This document shows, one piece after another, positions 35,921 to 45,953 of a stretch of DNA of 49,892 nucleotides. Source of the stretch: Elusimicrobiota bacterium (lineage in GTDB: Bacteria > Elusimicrobiota > Elusimicrobia > UBA1565); assembly GCA_043827405.1 (NCBI GenBank), contig JBDRPD010000024.1, positions 1 through 49,892 on the forward strand. The letters are read 5' to 3'. The translations under genes and the position numbers were made by a program. A model generated the notes under the pieces. It saw only the letters and a program-made list of their open reading frames with translations. It was not told the DNA's origin and ran no database searches. Each line of letters begins with the position of its first letter. The first letter of the stretch is position 1.

Positions 35921-36837
35921 CACTTCCTCTCCACCACACGAAGTTTCGCGCTACGCGCCCGGGCGTTTCGGGCGATCTCGTCCGCGCCCGGGCTTAGAGG
36001 GGTCGACAAAACGCTGCGGCAGCGGCCATCCGCAACGAACGACTTGAAAACGTTTTTGACAATACGGTCTTCCAGGGAATGGAAGGAGATGACCGCGATG
36101 CGTCCGCCGACCTGCAGATGCGGAAGGACGCTTTCGAGCCCCCGGGTGAGGTTCTCCAGTTCCTGGTTGACGGTGATGCGCAGCGCCTGGAACACCCGCG
36201 TCGCGGGATGCAGGCGGCCGCTGCGGTGCTGCTTTGATGCAATAAGCTCGCGCAGTTCGCGGGTCGTCCGCAGCGGCCGCTCGCGGCGCGCTTCGACGAT
36301 GCAGCGGGCGAGCTTTGCCGACTGCCGCTCTTCTCCGTACTCCCGGAACAGCAGCTCCAGCTGCTCGACCGGCCATTCGTTGACGATCCGCTCGGCGGTC
36401 AGGGAGGCGGTCGGGTCCATGCGCATGTCCAGCGGCCCGTCGTGCAGGATGGAAAAGCCGCGGGAAGGCTTATCGAACTGCAGGGAGGAGACCCCCAGAT
36501 CGAATAGGGCGCCGGAAAGGGGCCCGCATCCCGCCGTCTGCAAAACATGGCTCAAGTTACGGAAGTTTCCGTGGATCAGCCGGCATTTTCCGGCGTGTCG
36601 CTGCAGCCTTACTCGGGCCTGTGACAGCGCATCGGGATCCATGTCCATTCCGATCAATAGTCCATTGTTTCCTTGAGCCAAAATCGAGTCCAGGATTGCT
36701 TCCGCGTGTCCGCCGAGGCCCAGCGTGGCATCGAGGTAGACGCCCTCCGGGTTATTAGGGAGGTGCTTGAGCACCTCCTGCAGAAGAACGGGCGCGTGGC
36801 TGTATTTTTCTTCCATGATAGGGGCGGCGGTCGTCAT
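35920..36837 (-). CDS. rsmH: 16S rRNA m4C1402 methyltransferase
   Basis: HAPVLL, DATLGLGGH, DLGVSS, GPLDMRMD, ISFHSLEDRIVK. Confidence 0.97.
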   Translation of the reverse strand: MTTAAPIMEEKYSHAPVLLQEVLKHLPNNPEGVYLDATLGLGGHAEAILDSILAQGNNGLLIGMDMDPDALSQARVRLQRHAGKCRLIHGNFRNLSHVLQTAGCGPLSGALFDLGVSSLQFDKPSRGFSILHDGPLDMRMDPTASLTAERIVNEWPVEQLELLFREYGEERQSAKLARCIVEARRERPLRTTRELRELIASKQHRSGRLHPATRVFQALRITVNQELENLTRGLESVLPHLQVGGRIAVISFHSLEDRIVKNVFKSFVADGRCRSVLSTPLSPGADEIARNARARSAKLRVVERK

Positions 36838-37289
36838 CAGATGTCCAAATCCCTTGCCAGCTTCTTGAAGGAGGGCGCTGCCTGCTTGCGGTCGTATTCC
36901 TGCCACCGCTTCTGATCCCAGATCTCGGCTTTGTCGCCGGCGCCCGATATCACCACATCCTTCTTCAGCTGCGCATGGCTTTTCAAATCCGGCGGGATCA
37001 GAATGCGTCCCTGGGTGTCGACCGGCGCTTCGGCCGCGGTCCGGTAGATGTAGCGCTTGAGCGCGCGCGCGGTCGATTTGTTCTTCGAGCTTTTGATCCC
37101 TTCGTTGAGCGTATTTAAGTAGCTCTCCCACTGCGAAGGCAGGAACAAGCTGATGCACTCGTCGATTCCTACGGCTAACGTAAAATGCGTTCCCTTCTCC
37201 GCGATGAGGGCTTCGCGGTAACGGGAAGGAATCGCCAAGCGGTTCTTGGCATCCAGCTTGTGTTCGTGGCGGCCGATCGTTACTGGCAT
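36837..37289 (-). CDS. mraZ: Transcriptional regulator MraZ
   Basis: LDAKNRLAIP and VDTQGRILIP repeats; AEIWD. Confidence 0.95.
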   Translation of the reverse strand: MPVTIGRHEHKLDAKNRLAIPSRYREALIAEKGTHFTLAVGIDECISLFLPSQWESYLNTLNEGIKSSKNKSTARALKRYIYRTAAEAPVDTQGRILIPPDLKSHAQLKKDVVISGAGDKAEIWDQKRWQEYDRKQAAPSFKKLARDLDI

Positions 37290-37316
37290 TTTCGTTTGGC
37301 AACTTTTTCAGAGTCT

Positions 37317-37390
37317 CCCCACTTTCCTGCACTCTCTGCCACAGCTCCACACTGCCCGGTGATTATAGAGTGAATGACCGATCTTGTCAA
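37317..37390 (-). promoter_or_regulatory. dcw operon promoter with MraZ-binding repeats
   Basis: TTGACA (37390-85), 17 bp, TATAAT (37367-62). Four 10-bp-period GTG repeats follow (GTGTGG, GTGGCA, GTGCAG, GTGGGG; 37352-37317). Confidence 0.85.
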
Positions 37391-37524
37391 GGACTATTTT
37401 ATTTCGCTTTTTTTCGGGCGCCAAAAAGGAAGCGCGTTTCTCGACGAGAAACGCGCGGGGAATTGCGGCGAAAATATTTCTTGAAAAACCGGCGGCGGGC
37501 GCGGCTTATCCTGGGCCTTCCGGC

Positions 37525-38679
37525 CTACTGCGGGCTGGACTGAATGTCGTAGCGCCAGGCGTACTCCAAAGCCTTCGCCCGGTTGAACGGCATTCCGTAG
37601 CTGCGGTAGAGCGCTTCCTCGAACGGCGTGCCGTCGCGCAGGTAGCGGCAGAACTTATAGAACGACGAGCGGTACTGCGAGCGGATGAGGAAGCGTACGA
37701 CGCTGTAGGACTGGGTGTACCACAGCCGGATGTCGTCGTCGGACGCGCCGGTGGTCTTGTCGACGTCGACGAGCTTCGTGATCGGATAGCCTTTCCCCCC
37801 CTTGAGCACGCGCAGGTTCGGCTGCAGCCAATTCGGCGCCGCAAGGCCGCGCTCGGTCTGTACCAGGGTCGCCATGCCTTCGCTGAGCCACAGCGGGTTG
37901 TCGCGGCCGTTGCTGAAAAATCCATCGAAGTAAATATGACAGAGCTCATGCGCGAGGATGCCGACGACCTCCGCGCTCTCGTAGAGGTAGATCTTGCGCC
38001 GCTTGACCGAACTCGCGCCGCCCGACCAGGACGGCCGTCCGGTTACCCGCTGATAGCTTTCCTGCGTGCGAAACAGAAAGATGGACACGCGCTCGTCGCG
38101 CGCCCACGGCGAGAACGCCGCCAGGTCGAGCATGATATTGGCGTGCAGGCTCTCCAGGGTTTCCAGGAACTCCAGCGAGGGCGGGGTGTCCTCGGAGTAT
38201 ACGAGGAAGTGCCGTGTCTGCTTCTTGACGAATCCCTTGGGAGCCTCCTGATCCGCAGCGGCGCCCTGCTTCTTGCGCGGCGCCGGACGGGCCTTGGGCT
38301 CGGCGGCCGGCTTGGCCGCGGGCTCCGGCAGCTTCGGCGCCGTGGGCAGCAGCTCCGTCCGGGGCGGCGTCCGCGCGGGAAGCGCGCCGGCCGAGCTCGG
38401 GATGCGTGCCAGCTTGGCGCCCATCTTGACATTTCTGACGGTCGCGGCCGGCTGGTAGTTCAAATCATCCGGCGGCTTGGCCGGAAACAGCTGCTCGGCC
38501 GGAATGCGCGGCATGCTTTCAAGATCGGGGATATCGTCCGGCGCCTTGAGCTGCATGGCGATCCAGCGCATCTTGGATGTCTCGGGCGCGTCCTCCCCCA
38601 TAAACTGATAGATCATCAGCCCCCACAGTCCAAGGACCATGAGCCAGAGAGCGACTCGCATGCGGACTAGAATATCCAT
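37525..38679 (-). CDS. Membrane-anchored zincin (peptidase MA-like) protein
   Basis: N-terminal TM, Pro/Ala linker, AHELCH (HExxH) and PLWLSEGMA. Confidence 0.8.
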   Translation of the reverse strand: MDILVRMRVALWLMVLGLWGLMIYQFMGEDAPETSKMRWIAMQLKAPDDIPDLESMPRIPAEQLFPAKPPDDLNYQPAATVRNVKMGAKLARIPSSAGALPARTPPRTELLPTAPKLPEPAAKPAAEPKARPAPRKKQGAAADQEAPKGFVKKQTRHFLVYSEDTPPSLEFLETLESLHANIMLDLAAFSPWARDERVSIFLFRTQESYQRVTGRPSWSGGASSVKRRKIYLYESAEVVGILAHELCHIYFDGFFSNGRDNPLWLSEGMATLVQTERGLAAPNWLQPNLRVLKGGKGYPITKLVDVDKTTGASDDDIRLWYTQSYSVVRFLIRSQYRSSFYKFCRYLRDGTPFEEALYRSYGMPFNRAKALEYAWRYDIQSSPQ

Positions 38680-38796
38680 AACAAACCTATCCTCCGCCGT
38701 CAGCCGGCGGAGGCCTTTTCCCTGCTACATCTGTATTGTAACCGGATGGCGGCAGAATGCAATGGCATATATATAGGGAAGGGCCGACGACAGACC

Positions 38797-39309
38797 CTAA
38801 AGGCGAGCGCGAATATCCCGCATTTTCAGCGCTGTTTGCGCCAAAGCATGGACAAACAGCGCCAATACCGGGATAAAGCCGGCATGTACCGCCGCCTGCG
38901 CCCATAGCTGGGCGGGGATGTCGTTGCCCCGCCAGCGCAGGTAATAGACGCCGATAACCGTACCGCCGGAGATCAAGCCCGTGAGGGCCGTTTGCAGCCG
39001 GGTCTGAAACAGCGCCGCGGTCACGGCCGGCATGGACAGCAGCAGCCACATCGGCGCCCAGTACGGAAACAGCAGATAGAACAGCAGCGCCGACCAGGCA
39101 TAGGTCAGCCAAATCTGGATATGCTTGAGCCGGCCCGCCCAGCCGACGAAGCGGTAGGTATTCTTCGAGAACCAGTGATTGACGAGCAGGGAGACCCCGA
39201 GAATCGCGAACGCCGAAATCTTGGTGCTCTTGTCCGGATCGGAAAAATAGATCGCGATGATCACGAGCAGGGTCGCGAACGGCGTAAAGTACAGGTTAAG
39301 CAGATTCAT
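38797..39309 (-). CDS. Hypothetical integral membrane protein
   Basis: Starts [11 protein letters not shown] after a GGAGG RBS; about 6 hydrophobic segments. Confidence 0.7.
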   Translation of the reverse strand: MNLLNLYFTPFATLLVIIAIYFSDPDKSTKISAFAILGVSLLVNHWFSKNTYRFVGWAGRLKHIQIWLTYAWSALLFYLLFPYWAPMWLLLSMPAVTAALFQTRLQTALTGLISGGTVIGVYYLRWRGNDIPAQLWAQAAVHAGFIPVLALFVHALAQTALKMRDIRARL

Positions 39310-39934
39310 TTCCCCTCCGGAATATGACGAGGTGACGGTCTTTGGACTCGCCCGGCAGACGGTACGCGAGCGTTTCGTCCCAGTCGGCTCCCGGCTCCGC
39401 GGGCGGGTCGCTCTGGTAGACGACGGCCTTCCCGCCGGGCCGGACCAGCGGCAGCAGGATGCGCCGCGCTTCCGCCAGCGGCGCCAGCGCGCGCGCCAAG
39501 ACGCCGTCATAGCCGCCCGCCGTGCCCGGTCCGGCGCGCTCCTGCAGGACGGTCAGACCCGGAAGCGCGAGGCGCGCGCTCGCCAGGTTTAAGAAGCAGT
39601 ATTTCCTATAAGATGATTCCATGAGCGTCACGTCGGCCGCGGGCCAAGCGATCTTCAGTCCGAAGCCGATAAAGCCGGCGCCCGCGCCGACATCCAGCAG
39701 CCGCGGGCATTCTCCGAGGCGCGTCCGCAGCGGCGCGACCGCGGCCATCCCGTCCAAGACGTGCCGGCGCATGAGCTCCGCCGCGTCCCGCGCGGCGGTA
39801 ATATTCACCCGGCGGTTGTATTCCAACACATCCTTTACGTATTTGTCGAGAAGCTCCCAGCCCGAATCCGGGAGCTCGAGCCCCCACCTCCGCAGGCAGT
39901 CCGCAGCCTCGTCCTTGAGCATGGGCGGCATCAT
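39296..39934 (-). CDS. rsmG: 16S rRNA m7G527 methyltransferase
   Basis: [18 protein letters not shown]; immediately downstream of mnmG. Confidence 0.92.
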   Translation of the reverse strand: MMPPMLKDEAADCLRRWGLELPDSGWELLDKYVKDVLEYNRRVNITAARDAAELMRRHVLDGMAAVAPLRTRLGECPRLLDVGAGAGFIGFGLKIAWPAADVTLMESSYRKYCFLNLASARLALPGLTVLQERAGPGTAGGYDGVLARALAPLAEARRILLPLVRPGGKAVVYQSDPPAEPGADWDETLAYRLPGESKDRHLVIFRRGNESA

Positions 39935-41688
39935 CGGCCGGCGAGCCTGCGCCGCCAAACGGTGAGCAGCTGGATATCCGCCGGGGTGACGCCGGGAACG
40001 CGGGCCGCTTGTCCCAGGGTCCGCGGCCGGATGCGGGAGAGCTTCTGCCGCGTCTCGATCTGCAGCGGCAGCTCGGCGTAAGGAAAGTCGTCGGGCAAAG
40101 GCATGCCTTCCGCCTCCGCTCGCCGTCGGATATCCTGGTCCTCTCTATCGATATACGGGGCGTAGCCGCGCATGATGCGGGCTTGTTCCTCGATCAGCAC
40201 CCGGCTCCAGGGGCGCAGGTCCGCGTCATCCTGCGGGCCGGCGGAGTCCGCCAGGAAGGTCTGCAGGCCGTCGCGATAGCGCGAAAAACGCCGGTGCAGG
40301 CCGGGAGCGATCAGGCCCAGCGCATGGCCTTTGTCCAGCAGCCGGAGATCGGCATTGTCGGCGCGCAGGTTCAGGCGGTACTCCGCGCGCGCCGTGAACA
40401 TCCGGTAAGGCTCGTCGACGCCCTTGGTGACGAGATCGTCGAGCAGCACCCCGATATAGGCCTCGTCGCGGCCGAGCAGAAAGGGTTCCCCCCCGCGCAC
40501 TCCGCGCGCCGCGTTGACGCCCGCCATGAAGCCCTGCGCGGCGGCCTCTTCGTAGCCCGTCGTCCCGTTGATCTGGCCGGCGAGATAAAGACCGCGCAGC
40601 GGCTTGGACTCGAGCGTCGCGCGCAGCTGCGTCGGCGGGCAGTAGTCGTATTCGATCGCATAGCCCGGCCGCATGATCTCGGCACGCTCCAGGCCCGGGA
40701 TCGTTTCCAGCAGCGCCCATTGGACATCCTCGGGCAGGCTGGTGGAGAGGCCGTTCACGTAGACCTCTCGCGTGCCGTAGCCCTCCGGTTCGAGGATGAC
40801 CGTATGCTGCGGCTTGTCGGCGAACTTCACGACCTTGTCCTCGATCGAAGGGCAGTAGCGCGGCCCTTGAGCCCGGATGGCGCCGCTGTAGAGCGGCGAG
40901 CGGTCCAGGTTGGCCCGGATGATCCGGTGGGTCTCATCGCAGGTCCGGGTATTCCAGCACGACAGCTGTTCCCGCTCGATTTCCGCCGTGGCATGCGACA
41001 GGGGCCGGATAACCGCGGGCGGCTTCTGCTCTGTGCAGCGCGCATAGTCGATCGACCGGCCATTTATCCGCATCGGCGTTCCGGTTTTAAAGCGCCGCAC
41101 GTCGAAGCCCAGCGCGCGCAGGCTGCCGGACATCCCGTCGGCCGGCGCCTCGCCGGCGCGTCCGGCGGCGAAGGAATGGCGTCCGATATGGGCGGTGCCT
41201 TTGAGAAAAGTCCCGGTCGTGAGAATCACGGCGCGCGCGCGGTAGCGCATGCGGCGGCGCGTCTCGACGCCGGCCAGGCGTCCGCGGCAGACCCAGAGCC
41301 CCAGCGCCTCGTCTTGGCGCAGCTCCAGCAGCGGCTGCGATTCCAACGTCTCCTTCACCGCCAGCTGGTAAAGCTTCTTGTCGCACTGAACGCGGGGCGA
41401 ACGCACGGCCGCCCCTTTGCTTAGGTTGAGGGTCTGGAAATGCAGCCCCGCCCGGTCCGTATGCCGCGCCATCAGGCCGCCCAGGGCGTCGAGCTCGCGC
41501 ACGATCTGTCCCTTGCCGATCCCGCCGATCGACGGGTTGCATGACATCTGGGCGATGGTGTCCAGGTTCTGCGTCAGCAGCAAAGTCGCGCAGCCCATGC
41601 GGGCGGCCGCGCTGGCGGCTTCGGCTCCCGCGTGACCGCCGCCCACCACGATGACGTCGTATTCCTTGGGGTGGATCCGTCTCTTCAT
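39931..41688 (-). CDS. mnmG: tRNA U34 modification enzyme MnmG/GidA
   Basis: [41 protein letters not shown]. Confidence 0.97.
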   Translation of the reverse strand: MKRRIHPKEYDVIVVGGGHAGAEAASAAARMGCATLLLTQNLDTIAQMSCNPSIGGIGKGQIVRELDALGGLMARHTDRAGLHFQTLNLSKGAAVRSPRVQCDKKLYQLAVKETLESQPLLELRQDEALGLWVCRGRLAGVETRRRMRYRARAVILTTGTFLKGTAHIGRHSFAAGRAGEAPADGMSGSLRALGFDVRRFKTGTPMRINGRSIDYARCTEQKPPAVIRPLSHATAEIEREQLSCWNTRTCDETHRIIRANLDRSPLYSGAIRAQGPRYCPSIEDKVVKFADKPQHTVILEPEGYGTREVYVNGLSTSLPEDVQWALLETIPGLERAEIMRPGYAIEYDYCPPTQLRATLESKPLRGLYLAGQINGTTGYEEAAAQGFMAGVNAARGVRGGEPFLLGRDEAYIGVLLDDLVTKGVDEPYRMFTARAEYRLNLRADNADLRLLDKGHALGLIAPGLHRRFSRYRDGLQTFLADSAGPQDDADLRPWSRVLIEEQARIMRGYAPYIDREDQDIRRRAEAEGMPLPDDFPYAELPLQIETRQKLSRIRPRTLGQAARVPGVTPADIQLLTVWRRRLAGR

Positions 41689-42473
41689 ACGGCCAGCAGC
41701 GCCTTGAGGGCGTCTTTGGGTATCCAGCCGAGGAGGTAGAGCGCGATAATGAATATGAGCTGGCACCAGGACGCGAGAATTATCGCGAAGAACGCGCGCG
41801 CGGTCTGCAGGCCGGTCAGACGGCGGATGCCGTAGGCCGCCAGGCCCACGGTCCAGAACGCCGCGGCGAGTTCAACGATATGATAAACCAGCGGTGCGCG
41901 CAGCACGATGGCGGCGGCGAAAACGGGAAGCAGCGCGACGGCGGCGATATTGATCGTCATGAGCAGCGCCGCCAGCGAGCGCCACAGCTTCTTGTCCATG
42001 CCGTACAGCGCCGGGATCATCGCCGCGAGCAGCCCCGCCCAGGCGGCGGCGAACAGCGGCTTGCCGACGGCGCTGTTCGTATACGCCAGCACGGCGGCCG
42101 GCGGCAGGCAGGCGCAGGCGCAGCCCAGCAGAATCTTGAACGCGGCATGTCCCTTGGCCAGCAAGCGCGCGAACCAGGCGGCGAAGGCGATCAGGATCAC
42201 GGTGAACAGCGGGTGCCAAGCCAGCGCTTTGCTCCATGCAAACAGCCCGCAATGAACTTCCAGCTGCGCCAGCGGCGAATCCGGCGGCAGCGGCGGAAAA
42301 TCAGCGGGCTTGCCGGTGTAGAATAAAACGGCGGTCGCGAGATAGACGGCGTAGATAACCGCGGCCTCATACAGCGCGCCCTCTTCCCGCTCCATGCGGT
42401 CAAGAGCGCGGCCGGGCCGCGCGAGCATGTCGAGCGCCAGACGCAGCGCGGATTTAAGCGGCGGCTTCTGCAA
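41685..42473 (-). CDS. Yip1-like integral membrane protein
   Basis: [13 protein letters not shown]-terminus and multiple TM helices ending [16 protein letters not shown]. Confidence 0.55.
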   Translation of the reverse strand: MQKPPLKSALRLALDMLARPGRALDRMEREEGALYEAAVIYAVYLATAVLFYTGKPADFPPLPPDSPLAQLEVHCGLFAWSKALAWHPLFTVILIAFAAWFARLLAKGHAAFKILLGCACACLPPAAVLAYTNSAVGKPLFAAAWAGLLAAMIPALYGMDKKLWRSLAALLMTINIAAVALLPVFAAAIVLRAPLVYHIVELAAAFWTVGLAAYGIRRLTGLQTARAFFAIILASWCQLIFIIALYLLGWIPKDALKALLAV

Positions 42474-43713
42474 GCGAATCCTCCTCGACGGCGATTCGCC
42501 GCGTGTCCTGCTCGACCACGCGGGCGCCCCATAGGCAGAACAAACCGGCGAGACCGAGAAACAGCATGGCGCCGATCAGCCCCAGCCGCAGGCCCCAAAG
42601 GTCGGAGACGATCCCGATCAGGGTGGGGCTGAGCGCGTCGCCCAAAGCGTGAATCACGAAAATATTGGCCGCGAAGGCCATGGAGCGCATCGGCGCGCTG
42701 GTAACGTTCACGATAACGCCGTTAAGCGGTCCCATATTCAGAAAAACCAGCACCTCGGTCACGAACAGCGCCGTCAAAGTAAGCGGATACCAGCTCGACA
42801 GGATCGCGATCACGCCCGCGGGCAGCGCCAGGATGAGCCCCGCCCCGGAGACAATAAAGTACGCTTTGCCGGTGACCTTGAGCAAACGATCCCCCAGCCA
42901 GCCGCCGGCCAAAGAGCCGATAAGCCCGGCGACTACCGTGATGCCGCCGAAGAGGGTCCCCGCCTGGGCGACGTTAAGGCCCCAGTAGCGGTTCAAGAAC
43001 GTCGGCATCCAGACCGCCAGACCGCCGAGCGCGAAGGTCAGGGCGGCCATAGCCAAGGTGCTGGCGACGTAGCTGGGTATCCGGTATAGCGATAAGTAAT
43101 CCCGGAAGCGCGGCAGCGGCTTGCCGCTTGCCGCGGACGGCCGGCGCGGGTCGCGCAGCCTATAGGCCAAACACGCCAGCAGCAGCCCCGGCAGCCCGAC
43201 GACCATAAACGCCGTGCGCCAGCCGTAATGGTAGCCGATCCAGCCGCCGCAAATATATCCCAGCGCGCTGCCGACCGGGATGGCCATGGAGAAGAACGCC
43301 AGCACGCGCCCGCGCTTCTCCGCGGTAAAGTGTTCGGCGACGAAGGACGGCGACACGCTGCCGTAGCCGGATTCGCCGATGCCGACGGCGGCCCGCGCCG
43401 CGAACAGCTGGCCGTAGCCGCGGGCCAGGCCGGAGGCGAAAGTCGCCACGCTCCAGATGCCGATACCGTAGGCGATCCAGTTCTTGCGGGTGCTGCGATC
43501 CGCCCAGTAGCCGATAAACGGCGCCGCGCACATATAGACGATCATGAAGGCCGAAGCCAGCGCTCCGAGTTCGCGGTCCGACAGCTGGAGGTCCGTCTTG
43601 ATCAGCGGCAGCAGCGAATACAGCACCTGCCGGTCGAGGTAGTTGATCAGGTTGATGGTAAACAGCAGGCCGAGGACGTAGTACGCCGTTTGTTTCACCG
43701 GCGCCGTGCTCAT
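42454..43713 (-). CDS. MFS transporter (spinster-like)
   Basis: NLINYLDRQ, GYWADR, VGIGESGY, IHALGDALSP. Confidence 0.9.
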   Translation of the reverse strand: MSTAPVKQTAYYVLGLLFTINLINYLDRQVLYSLLPLIKTDLQLSDRELGALASAFMIVYMCAAPFIGYWADRSTRKNWIAYGIGIWSVATFASGLARGYGQLFAARAAVGIGESGYGSVSPSFVAEHFTAEKRGRVLAFFSMAIPVGSALGYICGGWIGYHYGWRTAFMVVGLPGLLLACLAYRLRDPRRPSAASGKPLPRFRDYLSLYRIPSYVASTLAMAALTFALGGLAVWMPTFLNRYWGLNVAQAGTLFGGITVVAGLIGSLAGGWLGDRLLKVTGKAYFIVSGAGLILALPAGVIAILSSWYPLTLTALFVTEVLVFLNMGPLNGVIVNVTSAPMRSMAFAANIFVIHALGDALSPTLIGIVSDLWGLRLGLIGAMLFLGLAGLFCLWGARVVEQDTRRIAVEEDSLAEAAA

Positions 43714-45101
43714 TTTCCGATGCAGAAGCGGGAGAATATCTCGGCGAGAACGGCCTCCGGGGCGTCGGTGCCGAGAATCTCATCGAGGGCGCCCAGGGCG
43801 CGGCGCAGGCTTGCGGCGGCGAGCTCGCCGCGGCGTTCGTCTTCGCCCAGAACTGTCCGCGCCGCCGCCATGCCGTCGCGGGCCGCGCACAGCAGCGCGT
43901 AGTGCCGCTCCGAGGCGACGAGGACCTCGTCCTGCTCCGCTCCGCCGCCGTTCTCCAAAGCGCGCCGGATGCTGCGCACCAGCTCCGGCAGGCCGGCCCC
44001 GGTGCGCGCCGAAATCTCCAGCGCCGGCACGCCGCCGCCGATATGGCGCGGCGTCAGGCCGGCCGGCTCACGATCGCATTTATTGAGCACGGCGATCGCG
44101 CCGCGCTCGCTTGTCCGCGTCCGGGCGCTCAGGTCGCGCAGGACCTCCGCGCGCCGGCCGGGCTTAACGGTGCGGTCAAGCACCCAGAGCGCGAGGTCGG
44201 CACGCTCGAGCTCCCGCCGGGTCCGCCGCTGTCCTTCCCGTTCTACGGCGTTCTTCGCGCGCGCGAGCAGGCCCGCCGTATCGACGAGCACGGCGGCATA
44301 GCCGGCGATTTCCGCGCTTTCTTCGATCGTGTCGCGCGTGGTGCCGGGACGCGCCGACACGATCGCGCGCTCGCGCCCGAGCAGCGCGTTGAGCAGAGTG
44401 GACTTACCGGCGTTGGGGCGGCCGACGATGGCGATGCGCGCGCCCCGCTTGACGAGCCGTCCGCGGCGGTGGCTGTCCGTCAGCCGGCACAAGGCCGCGT
44501 GCAGCTCGTCGACGCGGCGGCCGGCTTCCCGCACGGGAAGCAGCGGGATATCCTCTTCCGGGTGATCGAGCTCAGCCTCGATCTGCGCCGTCAGCTCGAT
44601 AAGAGTCGAGCGCAGCGCCGCGATGCGCCGCGACAATCCCCCCGCGAGCTGCGAGACGGCGGCTCGGTGCGCGCGCTCGGTCTGCGCGGAAATCAGCTCG
44701 CAGACGGCCTCGGCCTGCGCGAGATCGAGCTTGCCGTTGAGGTAGGCCCGCTGGGTAAACTCGCCGGGCCGCGCCAGCCGCGCGCCGGCGTCCCGGGCCA
44801 AGCGCAGCAGGCGTTCCAGAACGTACGGCGAGCCGTGCGCCGAAATCTCGATCATCTCCTCGCCCGTATAAGACGCCGCCGGAGGGAAGTAGGTCGCCAG
44901 AACCTGATCGATGCGCTCGGCGCCGTCCGCGGCCCAGCACAAAGTAGCGCGCCGGGGCCGCAGCTCGCCTGGGAGCTGGAGAAAGCGCTGCGCGGCGGCG
45001 CGGGCGCCGCGGCCGCTCATGCGGACCAAGCCGATCGCCCCTTTGCCGGGCGGCGTGGCCGTCGCCGTGATCAGGCCGCCGACGAGGACTTCGCCGCGCA
45101 C
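43710..45101 (-). CDS. mnmE: tRNA modification GTPase MnmE
   Basis: GRPNAGKS, GTTRD, DTAG, NKCD, FCIGK. Confidence 0.97.
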   Translation of the reverse strand: MRGEVLVGGLITATATPPGKGAIGLVRMSGRGARAAAQRFLQLPGELRPRRATLCWAADGAERIDQVLATYFPPAASYTGEEMIEISAHGSPYVLERLLRLARDAGARLARPGEFTQRAYLNGKLDLAQAEAVCELISAQTERAHRAAVSQLAGGLSRRIAALRSTLIELTAQIEAELDHPEEDIPLLPVREAGRRVDELHAALCRLTDSHRRGRLVKRGARIAIVGRPNAGKSTLLNALLGRERAIVSARPGTTRDTIEESAEIAGYAAVLVDTAGLLARAKNAVEREGQRRTRRELERADLALWVLDRTVKPGRRAEVLRDLSARTRTSERGAIAVLNKCDREPAGLTPRHIGGGVPALEISARTGAGLPELVRSIRRALENGGGAEQDEVLVASERHYALLCAARDGMAAARTVLGEDERRGELAAASLRRALGALDEILGTDAPEAVLAEIFSRFCIGK

Positions 45102-45922
45102 TAGCCGCCGCGCCGCGGTTTGATGACGACCTTGCGCCAGACGCCCTCGCCCTCGGACGCGGTCACCACGTCCGGATGATCCGCCAAAGTGCGATGGATC
45201 AGGCGGCGCATCGAGGCCTCCAATGGATCGAAGCGGTAGCTGCTGCCCGTCTGCTTGACCTTTTCCACCGCGCTGCGCGCCTCGTCAAGGATTTTGTCTT
45301 CGATTTTCTTCCAGTACCCTTCAGTCTCGACCTGGATCGCGGTCGGAACGCCGGTCTTGCGCCCGACGATGACGGTCACCAAAAACTGCAGCGCCTCGAT
45401 GGTCCGCCCGCCCTTGCCGACCAGCAGCGGGGAGTCGTCGCTCACGACTTCGGCCATGACGCGGGACTGCTTCTCGTCCCAGGCGCAGCGGACGCTGGGC
45501 TTCGCCAGCTGGGCCAGCTTCAGTATCTCGCCCAAGACTTCCGCGGTGACCGCACAGGCCTTGGCGGAGTCGATCTGCGGCTCCTCGCTCTTGCGCGTCG
45601 GACGCGGCTTGGCCTTGGGCCGCGGCTTGTCGTTTCTGCGGGGCGCGGGGCGCGCCGGCTCCCGCCGGACCGCGGACCCGCTCTTCGCCTGGCGTTCCGG
45701 CTGCGGCGACGGCTTCGCCTGCGGCTTGTCCTCGGCCGATCCCTCCGACCAAATTTTTTCACGCAGCCGCACCTCAGCGAGCTTGGCGCCGATGCCCAGA
45801 AAGCCGGCGGAGCCTTCGCTGAGAACTTCGACCTCCACTTGATCGCGCCGCAGGCCGAGCTCCGTCAAGCCGTTCTCCACCGCGATCGTCACCGTCTTGC
45901 CCTCCACTTTAAGCTCTTTCAT
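45101..45922 (-). CDS. jag: Jag/KhpB (EloR) RNA-binding protein
   Basis: Jag_N (EGKTV...GFLGIG), KH (VGKGG), R3H (RRLIH, SEGEG). Confidence 0.93.
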   Translation of the reverse strand: MKELKVEGKTVTIAVENGLTELGLRRDQVEVEVLSEGSAGFLGIGAKLAEVRLREKIWSEGSAEDKPQAKPSPQPERQAKSGSAVRREPARPAPRRNDKPRPKAKPRPTRKSEEPQIDSAKACAVTAEVLGEILKLAQLAKPSVRCAWDEKQSRVMAEVVSDDSPLLVGKGGRTIEALQFLVTVIVGRKTGVPTAIQVETEGYWKKIEDKILDEARSAVEKVKQTGSSYRFDPLEASMRRLIHRTLADHPDVVTASEGEGVWRKVVIKPRRGG

Positions 45923-45953
45923 AGTAAAGTCCTCCTTAGTGTTAAATCGCCGC

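Noticed and set aside
25772..37289. Absence of murC, ddl, ftsQ, ftsA and ftsZ after murG
   Set aside because: Split dcw clusters are common and the genes may be elsewhere in the genome.
25772..41766. Apparent long N-terminal extensions of MurG (27208), FtsL (35939), RsmH (37350) and MnmG (41766) in the ORF track
   Set aside because: They overlap upstream genes in other frames; downstream coupled or internal ATG starts give normal lengths.
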